Origin: Octopus sinensis
Taxonomy: Eukaryota
DNA length: 64,000 nucleotides
Direction of reading: 5' to 3'
NCBI RefSeq assembly: GCF_006345805.1
Contig: NC_043007.1
Location: forward strand, 40,486,001-40,550,000
A program made the position numbers and the translations under genes. Below are positions 1-36,883 of this stretch, piece after piece; position 1 is the first letter of the stretch; each line of letters opens with the position of its first letter. Under the pieces are notes generated by a model. The model saw only the letters and a list, made by a program, of their open reading frames with translations, did not search any database and had not been told where the DNA came from.

Positions 1-639
1 ATTACGAATTAAAAAGTACCGTTTGTAATGGAAACGTTATACACCCAAACACACACACTAGCACGGCTGGAACTCCAATGACCATGGGCATTTAATCTCT
101 CTTCAGCTTGGAAGTAGAGAACCGTTACGGTCAGTTAATTTGTAAACAAAAGAATAATATACACAGCCTAGGCCTTAAACGGGACGAGTTATCACCCCTA
201 GTCCGGTCCAGGCAGCAAATCTTATGGACCTAAAGTGTGAACGGGAATTTCCACCCCTAGGTTGGTTCCGGCCTGCAAATACATTTTACATCCCTAAGCG
301 ACGAACGAGAAATCTCACGCCTGCAGCAGGTAGCGTTTGAAATGGGGGCATGGGTATAGATGTCGTGTCTTGAGTTTAAGAGAGAATCTGGTTCCAGCGA
401 GCCTTTAAGGATCCTTGCCTACTCTACAATGTAAAGTTTGCATCATCCGCAGCAGTTTATACAGGGTCCGGCAGTTCTATTCTTCATTTAATTTCGTATG
501 AAGTTCCTTCATCCTTAAGGCGTTACATTTTTCTTTATCTCATATTCCTCATATAAACTTTTATAAATATATTTTTCTAATGCATTTGATGTTTTAGCAA
601 CATTTCAACGATCAATATTAGCCAAATTTCAACGATCGA

Positions 640-2240
640 TATCTAATCACATTAACTCAACGTACTAGTAGGTTGTTGTTTACATTTGAAAATTTCAAAA
701 GACAGTCCTCAAATTAGTTATTTCGTAATTCACAACTGGAAAATGTACTTACTTTTCCCTGGAGATACCCGGCAATATATGGTTTCTTACATCTATAATC
801 GTTTGAATGTTGATGATTCGAACATACTGTCGGATTGAAACATGTGTAAAATTTTTTTCGGATATATCTTGGTTGTTTTGTTGATCCGGTTTCTTTTATC
901 CTTATCCTTATCGGTATCACTTTTATTTTGCATTACTTTTTCATTGTGGTACAAAAAAAAATTAACCAAGTATCTATTATATTTTTTCTTCATCATTTTC
1001 CTTTATTATTTCTATAATTCATTAGAATGTTTATACATATATATTGAGGTACTTTCTTTCAATATATCTGATAAAGCCAGTTGGCATTTGGATTGTTATT
1101 AACAATCGAACCAATTCTACTATATGGCTCAGAAACCTGGACGTTATCAAAGAAGCTTGTGAGGCGGTTGGATGGAACCTACACTCGCCTCCTTATGAGA
1201 GCTCAAAATCTCTCGTGGAAGCGCCATCCAACCAAAATGCAAATATATGGGAAATTACCACCTGTGTCATCTCTTGTGAAAGGTAGGAGAGTCCAGTTTG
1301 CTGGACATTGTTGTAGAGCTGAAAAAGAAGTAATTTCTACTCTTCTCCTCTGGAAGCCATCTACTCGCAATACCAGAGAGCGCACACTCTCCTACCCTGA
1401 TGTAATCTCCAGGGATACAGGCATCCAGCAACAGGACCTCCGTAATGCTATGATGGACCGTGAAGTCTGGCGTAACATAGTAAATTCCATTGTCTCGACC
1501 ACGGTCGAACAATGATGATGATGATGATGTTATTAACAATCTCTTACGAGGAAATTACATCCTCAAAATTTTGAATGATAATTACAAGCATCTCTATACA
1601 CGTATTTATACTGCTGTATAGATGTACGAATGTGAACAGTATTCATATATATATGAATATATAAAAAATATTTACAGAATGAGATACAAATCCAAGGCTG
1701 TGAAAGATTTCAGAACATTTATAAATAGAAGGGCTTACACTGATATTGCAGGAATTTATATTCTGTACAAGTTCATTAATGAATTTCCAGAAATAGCCGA
1801 AGGGTTATATAGAGACGATGCTTTATTTATAATTAAAATTACCAGTAACGTAAAATTAGAAAATTACAAGAAGAAATTTCACAAATTCTTTAATACATTT
1901 AGCTTGAAAATTTCTGTAGAAAACGAGCATAATTCCGTACATTTATTACATGTCAACCTTAACCTACGCACAGGCAACCATGCACTATATCAAAAATCTA
2001 ATTCAAAGTTAACTTATATTAATTAGGATAGTAATCATCCCCAAACAATAACTAAATGTTTAGTTAAAAATATTCAACACAGAATTACCTCTCATCTAAC
2101 AAAGAAATTTTTAATATTAAAGACTATTATAACTCAGCATTAGCTAAGGCAGCGTATACACATAAAATTAAATTTCAAAATAATGCTAACTCTCCAACAG
2201 CCAGCAAGATAAATGATAAATTGTCTATAGATGAAAATGA
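640..2240. mobile_element. Decayed Penelope-like element: RT fragment on + (about 1545-2240) and possible GIY-YIG remnant on - (about 640-1000), interrupted by an RTE insertion
   Basis: ORF 1622..2026 has GLYRDD, VNLNLRTG, YQKSNSKLTYIN*DSNHP (PLE RT). Minus-strand frames give YI..., NHQHS and SKYIFQL, which are only weakly GIY-YIG-like. Confidence 0.55.
1094..1541 (+). mobile_element. 5'-truncated RTE-clade LINE 3' end with (TGA)n tail and 14-bp TSD
   Basis: PILLYGSETWTL...RRVQFAGHC...DREVWR; TSD tgttattaacaatc at 1094-1107 and 1528-1541. Confidence 0.88.
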
Positions 2241-2299
2241 ACCTATACTTTGAATTAATAAGCATAACAATACAAATAAAAACAATCATTCCAATAGTT

Positions 2300-2313
2300 A
2301 TAATAATAATAAA

Positions 2314-2345
<32 letters not shown>

Positions 2346-2451
2346 ATAATAATAGTAATACTAATAATAATGATAATAATAACAACAACAACAACAACAA
2401 CAACAATAATAATAATAAAAAAAATAATAATAAATAATAATAATAATAACG

Positions 2452-2543
<92 letters not shown>

Positions 2544-2550
2544 AAGAAGA
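2300..2550. repeat. Compound (AAT)n/(AAC)n/(AAG)n microsatellite
   Basis: Direct reading. Confidence 0.95.
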
Positions 2551-2782
2551 AACTCTATTAACATGAATCCAACTACAAAACTAATAAATGCTTCAAACGT
2601 AAGAAACTTATCCTAAAATCTTATATTTTTATTCTCCATTTTCTGTCATTATATGAGGTGTATTGGTATCCAGAAGATGTAAGCGTTACGCAAGGACTCT
2701 AGTTAAACTCTCGGTTCGATAATGATATGAGTAAGGAGTTTAATGCGGGTCTTGTATGAGCATGTATATTTTTAAAACAATG

Positions 2783-3270
2783 CGACAAAAAAAGCCAAGG
2801 CTGTGTGGAATTTTCAGGACCTGTATGAAGAGAAAGTTAGTCTTACAGCTGTTTCTGGGATATTTGTAATATCCCTTCATCAGAGATGATGTGAGATGGT
2901 TAAATAGAGGAAAATATTAGAGTTCAATATGAGGAGTTATTTTGGAAAAGAAGCTAATGTGTATTTAGGGGAATAAGAGAATAAGAGAATAAGAGAATAA
3001 TAATGTATAAACATTTTATAGTTGCAGTTTCATTATCCAAAGAATGTGGTATGTAGAAGTGGTAGAAATGCTTCCTGTTCATGGTATGTAAATTCCAATA
3101 GGAGTTCATGTTTTGTCATCACAAATGGAAAGTGTGGAGATGTAGGTTCCATGTGCTGTTCATTCAGAGGTGTCTTGTGGTGTGAACGGAAATTTGAGAA
3201 CGTAGTGGTAGTATTAACTATATAGAGAGGGGAGAAGAGATGTGTATGTTAAAATGAAGCGAGGGGTCAA
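2783..3270 (-). mobile_element. PLE-type 3' end repeat, copy 1, containing a hammerhead
   Basis: Diverged inverted homologue of 4261-4712; hammerhead at 2840-2887. Confidence 0.65.
2840..2887 (-). ncRNA. Type-I minimal hammerhead ribozyme
   Basis: (A)UCU-CUGAUGA-A-GGGAUAUU/AAUAUCCC-A-GAAAC-AGCU-GUA-AGA(C); palindromic stem III. Confidence 0.75.
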
Positions 3271-3480
3271 AAGAAAATTTTACCACAAATCTAAATGCAA
3301 GCTAAATAACCACACAGCACATATCCCGAACATCACTTAGGTAACCCCCAACAACCCTATTTGACTTTCCATTAATTTATTAACTCTCCAATCTTATTTT
3401 AATTGTTTAATACTACACATATAGACATGCATATGCGTACGTATGCAGATTATGTTTATGTATATATATATATATATATA

Positions 3481-4134
3481 TAATTAATTAATAAGGGTGA
3501 GAGAATTAGATACTAATTTAATAGTATATCTATTCAACACCAAGTGGCCCAGTGCTCCGAGAAACCTGGATTATTATAATATTTTGTAATATATTATAAT
3601 ATTTTATACAAAAAATAAATATAAGAGAGTGGTCACTATATGGCTCACTCTAGCACTAGTTAATCCAAAAGGTTTCAACCACAAAAATACATGTTTCCCA
3701 TGAAAGTCAGTACGATTGTTAGCTCACACGAACAGGGCAAATAAAAAATAACAAAAATACAGATTATTTTGGGACAATTGTTTCGCTATTAATGAATTAA
3801 ATGTAATTTTACTTACAAAAAAATCAACTTGTAGCTCCTCAGCCAAAACTATCTGGATGAAATCCACTCAATCACACGCCAGATTTTACCATAACGATAA
3901 ATACACGTGTGGTTCAATTGATTACATCCGACGTTATAATTCAAATGCCCCTACTAACAGCGCGCCAAACTTTCACGGTAACAAATACTACATTTAGAAG
4001 TAAATGTAGCATAATTATAATTAATTAATAAGGGTGAGAGACTTTCATGGGAAACATGTATTTTTGTGGTTGAAACCTTTTGGATTAACTAGTGCTAGAG
4101 TGAGCCATATAGTGACCACTCTCTTATATTTATT
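3481..4134 (-). mobile_element. Retrozyme-like non-coding element with terminal redundancy, a hammerhead and an internal inversion
   Basis: 24-bp direct repeat taattaattaataagggtgagaga at 3481-3504 and 4018-4041; 95-bp perfect inverted copy 3614-3708 / 4040-4134; (TA)n on both sides. Confidence 0.7.
3767..3848 (-). ncRNA. Type-I minimal hammerhead ribozyme
   Basis: UUUUGG-CUGAGGA-GCUA[43 nt]UAGC-GAAAC-AAUU-GUC-CCAAAA; complete core, 6-bp stem I. Confidence 0.8.
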
Positions 4135-4145
4135 ATTTATTATTT

Positions 4146-4182
<37 letters not shown>

Positions 4183-4191
4183 ATATATATG

Positions 4192-4224
<33 letters not shown>

Positions 4225-4260
4225 GCGCCTGTATGTGTGTGTACGTGTGCATGTATGCAT

Positions 4261-4712
4261 GACCTCTCACTTCATTTTAACATACACATCTCTTCTCCCC
4301 TCTCTACCACTACATTCTTATATTTTTATTCACACTACAAGATCCATTTGAATGTACAGCACATGGAATCTACGTCTCCACACTTTTCATTTGTGATGAT
4401 AAAATATGAACTTCCATTGGAATTTACATACCACTAAGAAGCATTTCTACCACTTTCCTCAGATAATGGAACTGCAATTATAACATCTTTATACATTTTT
4501 ATTTGTGTATTCATTCTCCTATTTTCCTGTATACTCCTTAATTACTTCCTTTTCCAAAATAACTCCCTATATTGAACTGTAATTTTTCCTCTATTTAACC
4601 ATCTCACATCGTCTCTGATGAAGGATATCCCTAATATCCCTGAAACAGCTGTAAGACTAACTTTCTCTTTATAAATGTCCTGAAAATTCCACATAGCTTT
4701 GGCTTTGTTGTC
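4261..4712 (+). mobile_element. PLE-type 3' end repeat, copy 2, containing a hammerhead
   Basis: Inverted homologue of 2783-3270. Confidence 0.65.
4611..4657 (+). ncRNA. Type-I minimal hammerhead ribozyme
   Basis: GUCU-CUGAUGA-AGGAUAU/AUAUCCCU-GAAAC-AGCU-GUA-AGAC. Confidence 0.8.
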
Positions 4713-4721
4713 TTATTTTTT

Positions 4722-4772
<51 letters not shown>

Positions 4773-4957
4773 CGAGAAAGAAGCAACAAGAATGGATTAG
4801 TTTTTAGTAACTAATCCATTCTTGTTGCTTCTTTCTCGTTTATAATCACCCCACATTACTGTATGGTTAACACCATATAGTTTTTCTGGTGCATCTAAGT
4901 TAAGTACCACATTCAAGTAAATTCATTGGAATTTACTTGAATCTTAATTGCTTTGAT

Positions 4958-4995
<38 letters not shown>

Positions 4996-5412
4996 TACAC
5001 ACTCACACATATTTCTGCAAAGGGAGCGAGTAAGAAAGATATACGCATAGATGGATAGCGAGATAGCTAGCTAGGTAGATAGATAGACATACACTCATGC
5101 ATAAACACACAATTACATATATACAGGTATACAAGCATATTGTGTGAAGTAGCTAAATACTTTTAACTGGAGATTATAGGAGAGAAAGACATTTGGTGAA
5201 GAGCCCTTTGCGTCTAATGATAGAAGAAAGAGTCAAAAATTTGCTATAATCATAATATATTTTATAGATATGTTAGAGAAATATGACCTTCGTATTTTGA
5301 ATTTTAAAAAAATGTAATCATTCTTAACTCTGATCATATCTAGTCTCCTCATATTGTAACGATTATATCGTTGATATATTTGTCGTATTGTTACAGCGTT
5401 TTCTAACGATAT

Positions 5413-30196
<24,784 letters not shown>

Positions 30197-30639
30197 ATTG
30201 TTTCCGTTCTCGGTAGATCTAGATTTTACCGTTTATCTATATATATATATGTATGAGGGAATAAAGTGAGATCGTATGAATTTTCCAATATATAAATTAC
30301 TGGAATTATGTACCATTCTTCTGTGCGAGAATATAAGTTTAAATCTGGTAAATTATTTTTTTTACTTAAAACTAAAATATATGTACAAACTTCCCAAGTG
30401 CATTAACACTGAATTTACATAAGTCACGTAACTACAGGGATTTAATCAAACATATGTGTGCAGCAGAATATAAATTAGAAATTAACCGTGAACCAAAATT
30501 CTATACTGCATTAACTACTAAATTTTACTTTTATAACTTACATGACACAACAATCTAGTTGGTAAATTGTAAGAAATTAACAATTTTGAGCACAATTTAT
30601 TTCCTGTATTAGTGGAAACAAACAAGAAACTGTTGTTAG

Positions 30640-30975
30640 CAAGAAAAACCTCTCTGTGGAAAATACCCAAAGAGAGCGAATAATGCAGAGGTTGACAAAG
30701 CCTTGATACATCAATGGCTAATGGCCTCTGGCTTAACGTCTGAAACAGAAGGGTTTATCATAGTAGCTCAAGATCAATGCCTGCCAACAAGGAACTACCA
30801 GGCCAACATATTAAAGAACGGCAGTAGCCCAACTTGTCGTGTATGTCAACAACAAAATGAAACCATTGATCATGTTGTCTCCAAGTGCAGTCTTCTAGCG
30901 CCTACAAAGTATCTCAACAGGCATGATAGATCTGTACAATATATTCACTGGGTAATCTGCAAAACCTGGCATTTG
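30640..30975 (+). mobile_element. Internal fragment of the same R4/Dong-like LINE
   Basis: Near-identical to 27610-27945 (HQWLMASGL...CRVCQQQNETIDH). Confidence 0.88.
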
Positions 30976-31359
30976 AAACCCCTATGATTATAGTTTAGAC
31001 GGACGTAAATAAGTGCTGCAAGATATTCAGTGCATTATGGATTCTATCCTTTATTACCTTTTAAATAACTGTTTTCGATTTCAGCATAAGGTCGGCCAAT
31101 TTTGAGGGGAGGAGTTAGTTGATTACGTTGACACCCACACCCAATATTTCACTGATAGTTCATTTTATTGGCCTCGAAGTGATGACAAGGAAAAGTTGAT
31201 CTCCTGTGGATTTGAACTGAGAACAAAAACGACAGGAAGAATTACAAGATATTTTGTTCTAACGATTCTACTAATCCGCTGCCCGTAAGTAACTTTCAAG
31301 TAATAATAATAATGATAATAATAATAATTATTATTATTATCATAATCCTTTCTACTAGT

Positions 31360-31520
31360 CGATTATATCCACCCTAGTGTTCCACCGCTGCTTATTTTAT
31401 TGACCACAAAAGGATGGAAGGCAAAGTCGACCTTGATGGATTGTGAACTCAGAACGTAAAGACGGACGAAATGCAGCTAAGCACATTTCCCGGTGAGGTA
31501 ACGATTCTGCCAGCTCACTG
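31360..31520 (-). mobile_element. SINE family A-related, decayed
   Basis: ggaaggcaaagtcgacc...gaactcagaacgtaaagacggacgaaatgc. Confidence 0.7.
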
Positions 31521-31549
31521 TCCACCCCCCAATGATGATGATGATGATG

Positions 31550-31598
<49 letters not shown>

Positions 31599-31605
31599 CA
31601 ACAAC

Positions 31606-31651
<46 letters not shown>

Positions 31652-32287
31652 GCAAACATAGAAGAGTGCCATTGTTATCAAGTGAACGATATTTCGACAT
31701 CTCGTGTGTAATCCACTGGTTAAAAAAATAAAATAACAAGGGCACTCTTGTAAAATAGAATAACAAGGGCATTCTTCTATTTTTGCTTCTATATCTTCTA
31801 GAGGAGTTACCTCAGTCCTATAAATATTAAGCAAAATGAAGTAGATTGACAAGTTTATTTTCTGAACCTGTGGAAGACACGAGATGTCGAAATATGCTGT
31901 TACGTTAATTAGATCAACTGGAACCCTCCTCGTCGTAACCGACGAAATGCTAGTTTTTAGTCCTGATGAGTATATTGCGCTTCGTATATTTGTACTTCAG
32001 CGTCACATTGATGGTGTGTGCTGTTCTCTCATTCAAAATTAAATATACAAAAGAAAGAAAAATAATAATGAATTTAAAGTAATGTGTCTGATGCTCCAAC
32101 AATTCTGTCACTTCACCGCACATATCACATGTTAATAACACTTATAAGACGAAAATTCTGCAGAACCCATCATACAATAGGAATAACTGCATATTAAAAA
32201 TCGAAATTAAAGAAGATGAACAAGCGCTCAATCTTAGGCTTCCTTTTTTTCAGATTTTTAGATTCACGTTCTGAAAACCTGTATGCG

Positions 32288-32394
<107 letters not shown>

Positions 32395-32401
32395 ATGGCA
32401 A

Positions 32402-32821
32402 ATATTCGAATAGCAAATATGCGTCACGATGTGTTGCCGCTACTGTTTATAACTTGCTCTGAGATTTATCATTGTTTGATTTCACTTTTCAATATCAGTG
32501 TCAATCGATACTGGAAAAAGTATATGTATTTGTGAGGGGAACTGACTTCTCGTCGACAACTATGATTGTCACACGCCGATGATAGGTCAATACCTTGAAA
32601 CTCGAGTCCGTGTGTATCATAAGTTGAAGACGGGAAGGATGACTTCCCTTCACAAATACTGATAGGGCACAGAAAGTGTGTCTATAGCCAGCAGGAGGAG
32701 GTGTCTTCCTGGGGCTACAAACTACAGTAGCATCCACCCTCAGGAGTTAGCCATATTCAAATGGCAAAAATGCGTCACGATGTGTTGCCGCTACTGTTCA
32801 TAACTCGCTCTGAGATTTATC

Positions 32822-32824
<3 letters not shown>
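32402..32824 (+). mobile_element. Retrozyme-like unit (351-bp period) with 72-bp direct terminal repeats and a hammerhead
   Basis: Repeats at 32402-32473 and 32753-32824 (5 mismatches); (TA)n flanks; partial second copy at about 46820-46995. Confidence 0.65.
32570..32614 (+). ncRNA. Type-I minimal hammerhead, core variant CCGAUGA
   Basis: CACACG-CCGAUGA-U-AGGU(CAAU)ACCU-U-GAAAC-UCGA-GUC-CGUGUG. Confidence 0.65.
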
Positions 32825-32851
<27 letters not shown>

Positions 32852-32855
<4 letters not shown>

Positions 32856-34818
32856 CTATTATAAAAGGCAGATTTTATCTGCCTCCCTTTGTCAGTTATA
32901 GAAATCTACAATATAGGATTTCTTCAATTGCAATTTACCTAGCATTTTAAAGAGTAGAATGTATCGGGTCGTGACAGGTCCACTTTTTAAAATTTCAACC
33001 CCAATTAAGCAAAATTTAGAGAAAACTCACATTGTGGTGTATGAGTCAAATGCTTCTCTTAGTGTGGGATACAGCACACGCAAACGCACACACACAGTGT
33101 GCAACGAATAAAGTGAAACTAATTCACTTTCTGTAGTGAGTGACTATTTCACTCTACATTCCCACTTCCACTTTACACACATAGATACGCAAATATATAA
33201 ATAAAATTGTAAGCTAACGTGTGTGTGTGCGTGTGTGTGAGTGTGTGTGCGTGTGTGTGTGTGTGTGTGTGAGGGTGTGTGTGTGTGCGTGACTGTGTGA
33301 CAGGAAAGTTTTTTAGGACGAATATAAGACCTATATCCAAGTAGCAGAAAGATCGCCCAAAAGTGTATATAGATATTTCAATGTATTTATTTATTCATCT
33401 ATACACAGATGTATGTATAATGTGTGTGTATATATTTCCATAGAGGTAACCTTTCACTCCATACAAAGTTTTTTAGGACGAATATAAGACCTATATCCAA
33501 GTAGCAGAAAGATCGCCCGAAAGTGTATATAGATATTTAAATGTATTTATATATTCATCTATACACAGATGTATGTATAATGTGTGTGTATATATTTCCA
33601 TAGAGGTAACCTTTCACTCCATACAAAGTTTTTTAGGACGAATATAAGATCTAAAGTATATACAAGTAGCAGAAAGATCGCCCAAAAGTGTATATAGATA
33701 TTTAAATGTATTTATATATTCATCTATACACAGATGTATGTATAATGTGTGTGTATATATTTCCATACACGTAACCATTCACTCCGCACAAAGTTTTTTA
33801 GGACGAAAATAAGATCTAAAGTTATCTCTAAGTAGCACAAAGATCGCCCAAAAGTGTATATAGATATTTAAATGTATTTATATATTCATCTATACACACA
33901 TGTATGTATAATGTGCGTGTATATTTCCATAGAGGTAACCATTCAATCCATACAAAGTTTTGTAGGACGAAAATATTATATATAAAAGAAAGGTTGTGTG
34001 TCTGTCTACTCCGATTTAGATTCCTAACTACTCCCACATTTTGCGATGCAGTTTAACCAAAACCGGGTATCTTATAGTCGTGATTCATATCGAGCCCTTC
34101 TGGGTATTAGCGCGCGTCTACGATGAGTCTATGATTTTACAAATAATTTACCATCATTTTTTCCATTTTAATGCATATTTTTTTAAATAAAGGGAAGTAA
34201 CTCTCAAACTTCACACCAATATGCGTGCTCATATGCGACGTAATATCACATCAGCAGCATTTCCTCACACCCTCCTTGCACTTGGCGAAGGCAAAATACC
34301 AGGGGATGAAAATGGTAATATTACCATCGATTCCATTTGTACCATTGTTAAGACGCCTTCTGATCTCAGAGATGCAGTGTTCCCAGATCTACAAGCTAAT
34401 TATCAGAATATGGATTGGATTGGCAAAAAGGCTATACTGGCCCCGAGGAATAAAACTGTTCACCATATTAATGATGAAATGCTAAAATTCATTCCTGGGG
34501 AAGTCTATGTATATCAGTCTATCGATACAACTCCTGACCCAGAGGACGTCATCAACTATCCAATAGAGGTACTCAATTCCTTTGAGCACCCCGGACTACC
34601 ACCACACTTTCTCAAACTTAAAGTTGGTGCCCCTATAATGCTCATCAGAAATTTGGTTCCCCCCAAAACAATGCAATGGCACACGTTTGATCGTTAAGTC
34701 CTTATCTCCAACCGTAAACTTATATCAATATTTGCCTGAATAATCATCATAATTCAGTGCAATCAGTAACAGTACTTTCAAGCAATTCAGCCCCGAGCAA
34801 CGCCGGGCAATTCTGCTA

Positions 34819-34819
<1 letters not shown>
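32852..34819 (+). mobile_element. Non-autonomous Helitron with a PIF1-helicase fragment and internal tandem repeat
   Basis: A|TC start; 3' hairpin cccgagcaacgccggg followed by CTAG|T; ORF 34221..34697 AILAPRN...LKLKVGAPIMLIRNL. Confidence 0.88.
33305..33975. repeat. 160-165 bp tandem repeat, about 4.1 units
   Basis: Unit starts aaagtttt.taggacg at 33305, 33465, 33625, 33790 and 33954. Confidence 0.92.
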
Positions 34820-34871
<52 letters not shown>

Positions 34872-35230
34872 TATATAGATAGATTCTACCTAATTTTTAT
34901 TATTACACTATGTATCCCGTATACACTCCAATAAAGTTTCTTCTTACTGATTTTTATCGCCTTTTGTTATCTTTGTTTTTGTTGGTTTTTCTTCAAGAAT
35001 TAAAATATTTACATCGTGAACGTTCACTCACCCCTCAAGGAAACCGCTCCCAAGCGCCCAAACAAATAATTGCAATAAATCTCTTAAATAAATACAAATC
35101 ACGTTCTACATTCTGCACGTATTGAATCCTCTTGAGGATTATGTACAACTTAATATTGTAACAAACTACACCTCAATATTATGTGCATAATTATTTATAT
35201 ATATATGTTTGTGTGTACGTAAGCACACGC

Positions 35231-35285
<55 letters not shown>

Positions 35286-35289
35286 TGCA

Positions 35290-35560
35290 TATGTGGAAGC
35301 GCAATGGTTGGGGCAGCAGACTTGCGGTCGTAGGATCGCGGTTTCGATTCCCAGACCGGGGATTGTGAGTGTTTATTGAGACTCCGGCAGGGGTGGGGAG
35401 ATCCTGCTGTACTTTTTCGCCATAAATTTCTCTCACTCTTTCTTCTGTTGGCCTGCTCGCTTAGCCAGCGGGGTGGTGTCATTTGAAGGCTAAAAAATGC
35501 GAAGCGCATTGTGACCAGCGATGTGTTGTAACATCTGATAGTCTGGTCGGTCACGGTGAT
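35290..35560 (+). mobile_element. tRNA-headed SINE family C
   Basis: gtggaagcgcaatgg...gcggtttcgattcccagacc head, shared with 60588-60968. Confidence 0.75.
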
Positions 35561-35643
35561 CACGGTGATATATATATATATATATATATATATGAACAAA
35601 TGAAAGAATGGAATCGAACGAAAATGTTAACAACATTCCTTTA

Positions 35644-35725
35644 CTCTCGACATATGTTTCGAAGACAACATGGTTTCATTCGAAAGGAATAAAGAGTGTA
35701 AGATGCAATCTTCTCATCAGGAAAG
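35644..35725 (-). ncRNA. Type-I minimal hammerhead ribozyme
   Basis: CUUUC-CUGAUGA-GAAGA[43 nt]UCUUC-GAAAC-AUAU-GUC-GAGAG; perfect core. Confidence 0.8.
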
Positions 35726-36515
35726 AAAGGGACCCTCTCTCGACAACAAAAATTTCGATGACCGCCTACATGGTAAAGAAAACGATAAGTGTTTTTAAAA
35801 ACACTTATTTCGGGCCTTCTGTCTAGAGTAGAAAAGAATATCACTAAACCAATATATACACAAACAAAATGCACGAGACGCTTCAACAGTGACACACACA
35901 CACACACACACGCACACACAGACACACCAATATACACTCGCGTACACACATAGATACACGCATCACATTCATTGAAAGGCAATGAATGTGAGTGTGTGTG
36001 TGTATAGGTATACGTATATTTATACATATATATTTACATATATACACTCTTTTACTTCTTTCAGTCATTTGACTGCGGCCATGCTGGAGCACCGCCTTTT
36101 AGCCGAGCAAATCGATCCCAGAACTTATTCTTTGGAAGCCTAGTACCTATTCTATCAGTCTCTTTTGCTGAACCACTAAGTTACGGGGACGTAAACACAC
36201 CATCATCGGTTGTCAAGCGATGTTGGGGGGGGGGGCCAAACACAGACACACAAATATGTGAGGTAGTTCAACAGTACTAAGTCGTCTCTTATAATGCTTC
36301 ACGTGTTTCAGAAAAGATTTCAGCAGTATGTCTACGAAGTTTCTGAGTCTGTTTCACAAGTGGGGACTGCTACAATTAGTCTTAATTTAAGTTTGTCGGA
36401 GTGTTGTATGTTTATACATGAAGAAGTTGATTTTTTATAGGCGTTGTTTATCATTTTGCTTTTGTGTATTTTGGGGATTGATACATATGTGTGTGTGGAC
36501 GTACGCGTGTATGTA

Positions 36516-36585
<70 letters not shown>

Positions 36586-36883
36586 TAAAGAGATAGGGGA
36601 GGAAAGGTAGAGAGAGGCAGAAAATAAATCAAGAGAGACGCTAGTGAAGAAATTATCATGTACACAAAGAATAACTCAAATCCGTGTGCTTCTAAATCTT
36701 TTCCTCATTTCTTTGTACTTGAGTTACATTAAATAATTCTTCCAAGGTTATCGTTGTTTTTACATAACTTGTTGAATATTAAATTCACGTTCCTTATCAA
36801 GATTTTTTAAATATATTACACACCTTATCAAGATTTGTTATAAATACTTATGCATACGTAGACGCACACACAAACATGTACAT

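Noticed and set aside
165-330. About three degenerate 60-bp tandem units (aacgg...cacccctag...gcaaat)
   Set aside because: Too diverged and short to assign; possibly the 3' UTR of a decayed LINE, with no support for function.
842-1102. Hydrophobic 86-aa ORF suggesting a small membrane protein
   Set aside because: T-rich low-complexity antisense of a decayed element, running into an RTE insertion; no splice or motif support.
33305-33975. Regularly spaced repeats resembling a CRISPR array
   Set aside because: The whole 160-bp unit repeats with no unique spacers, the context is eukaryotic, and there are no cas genes.
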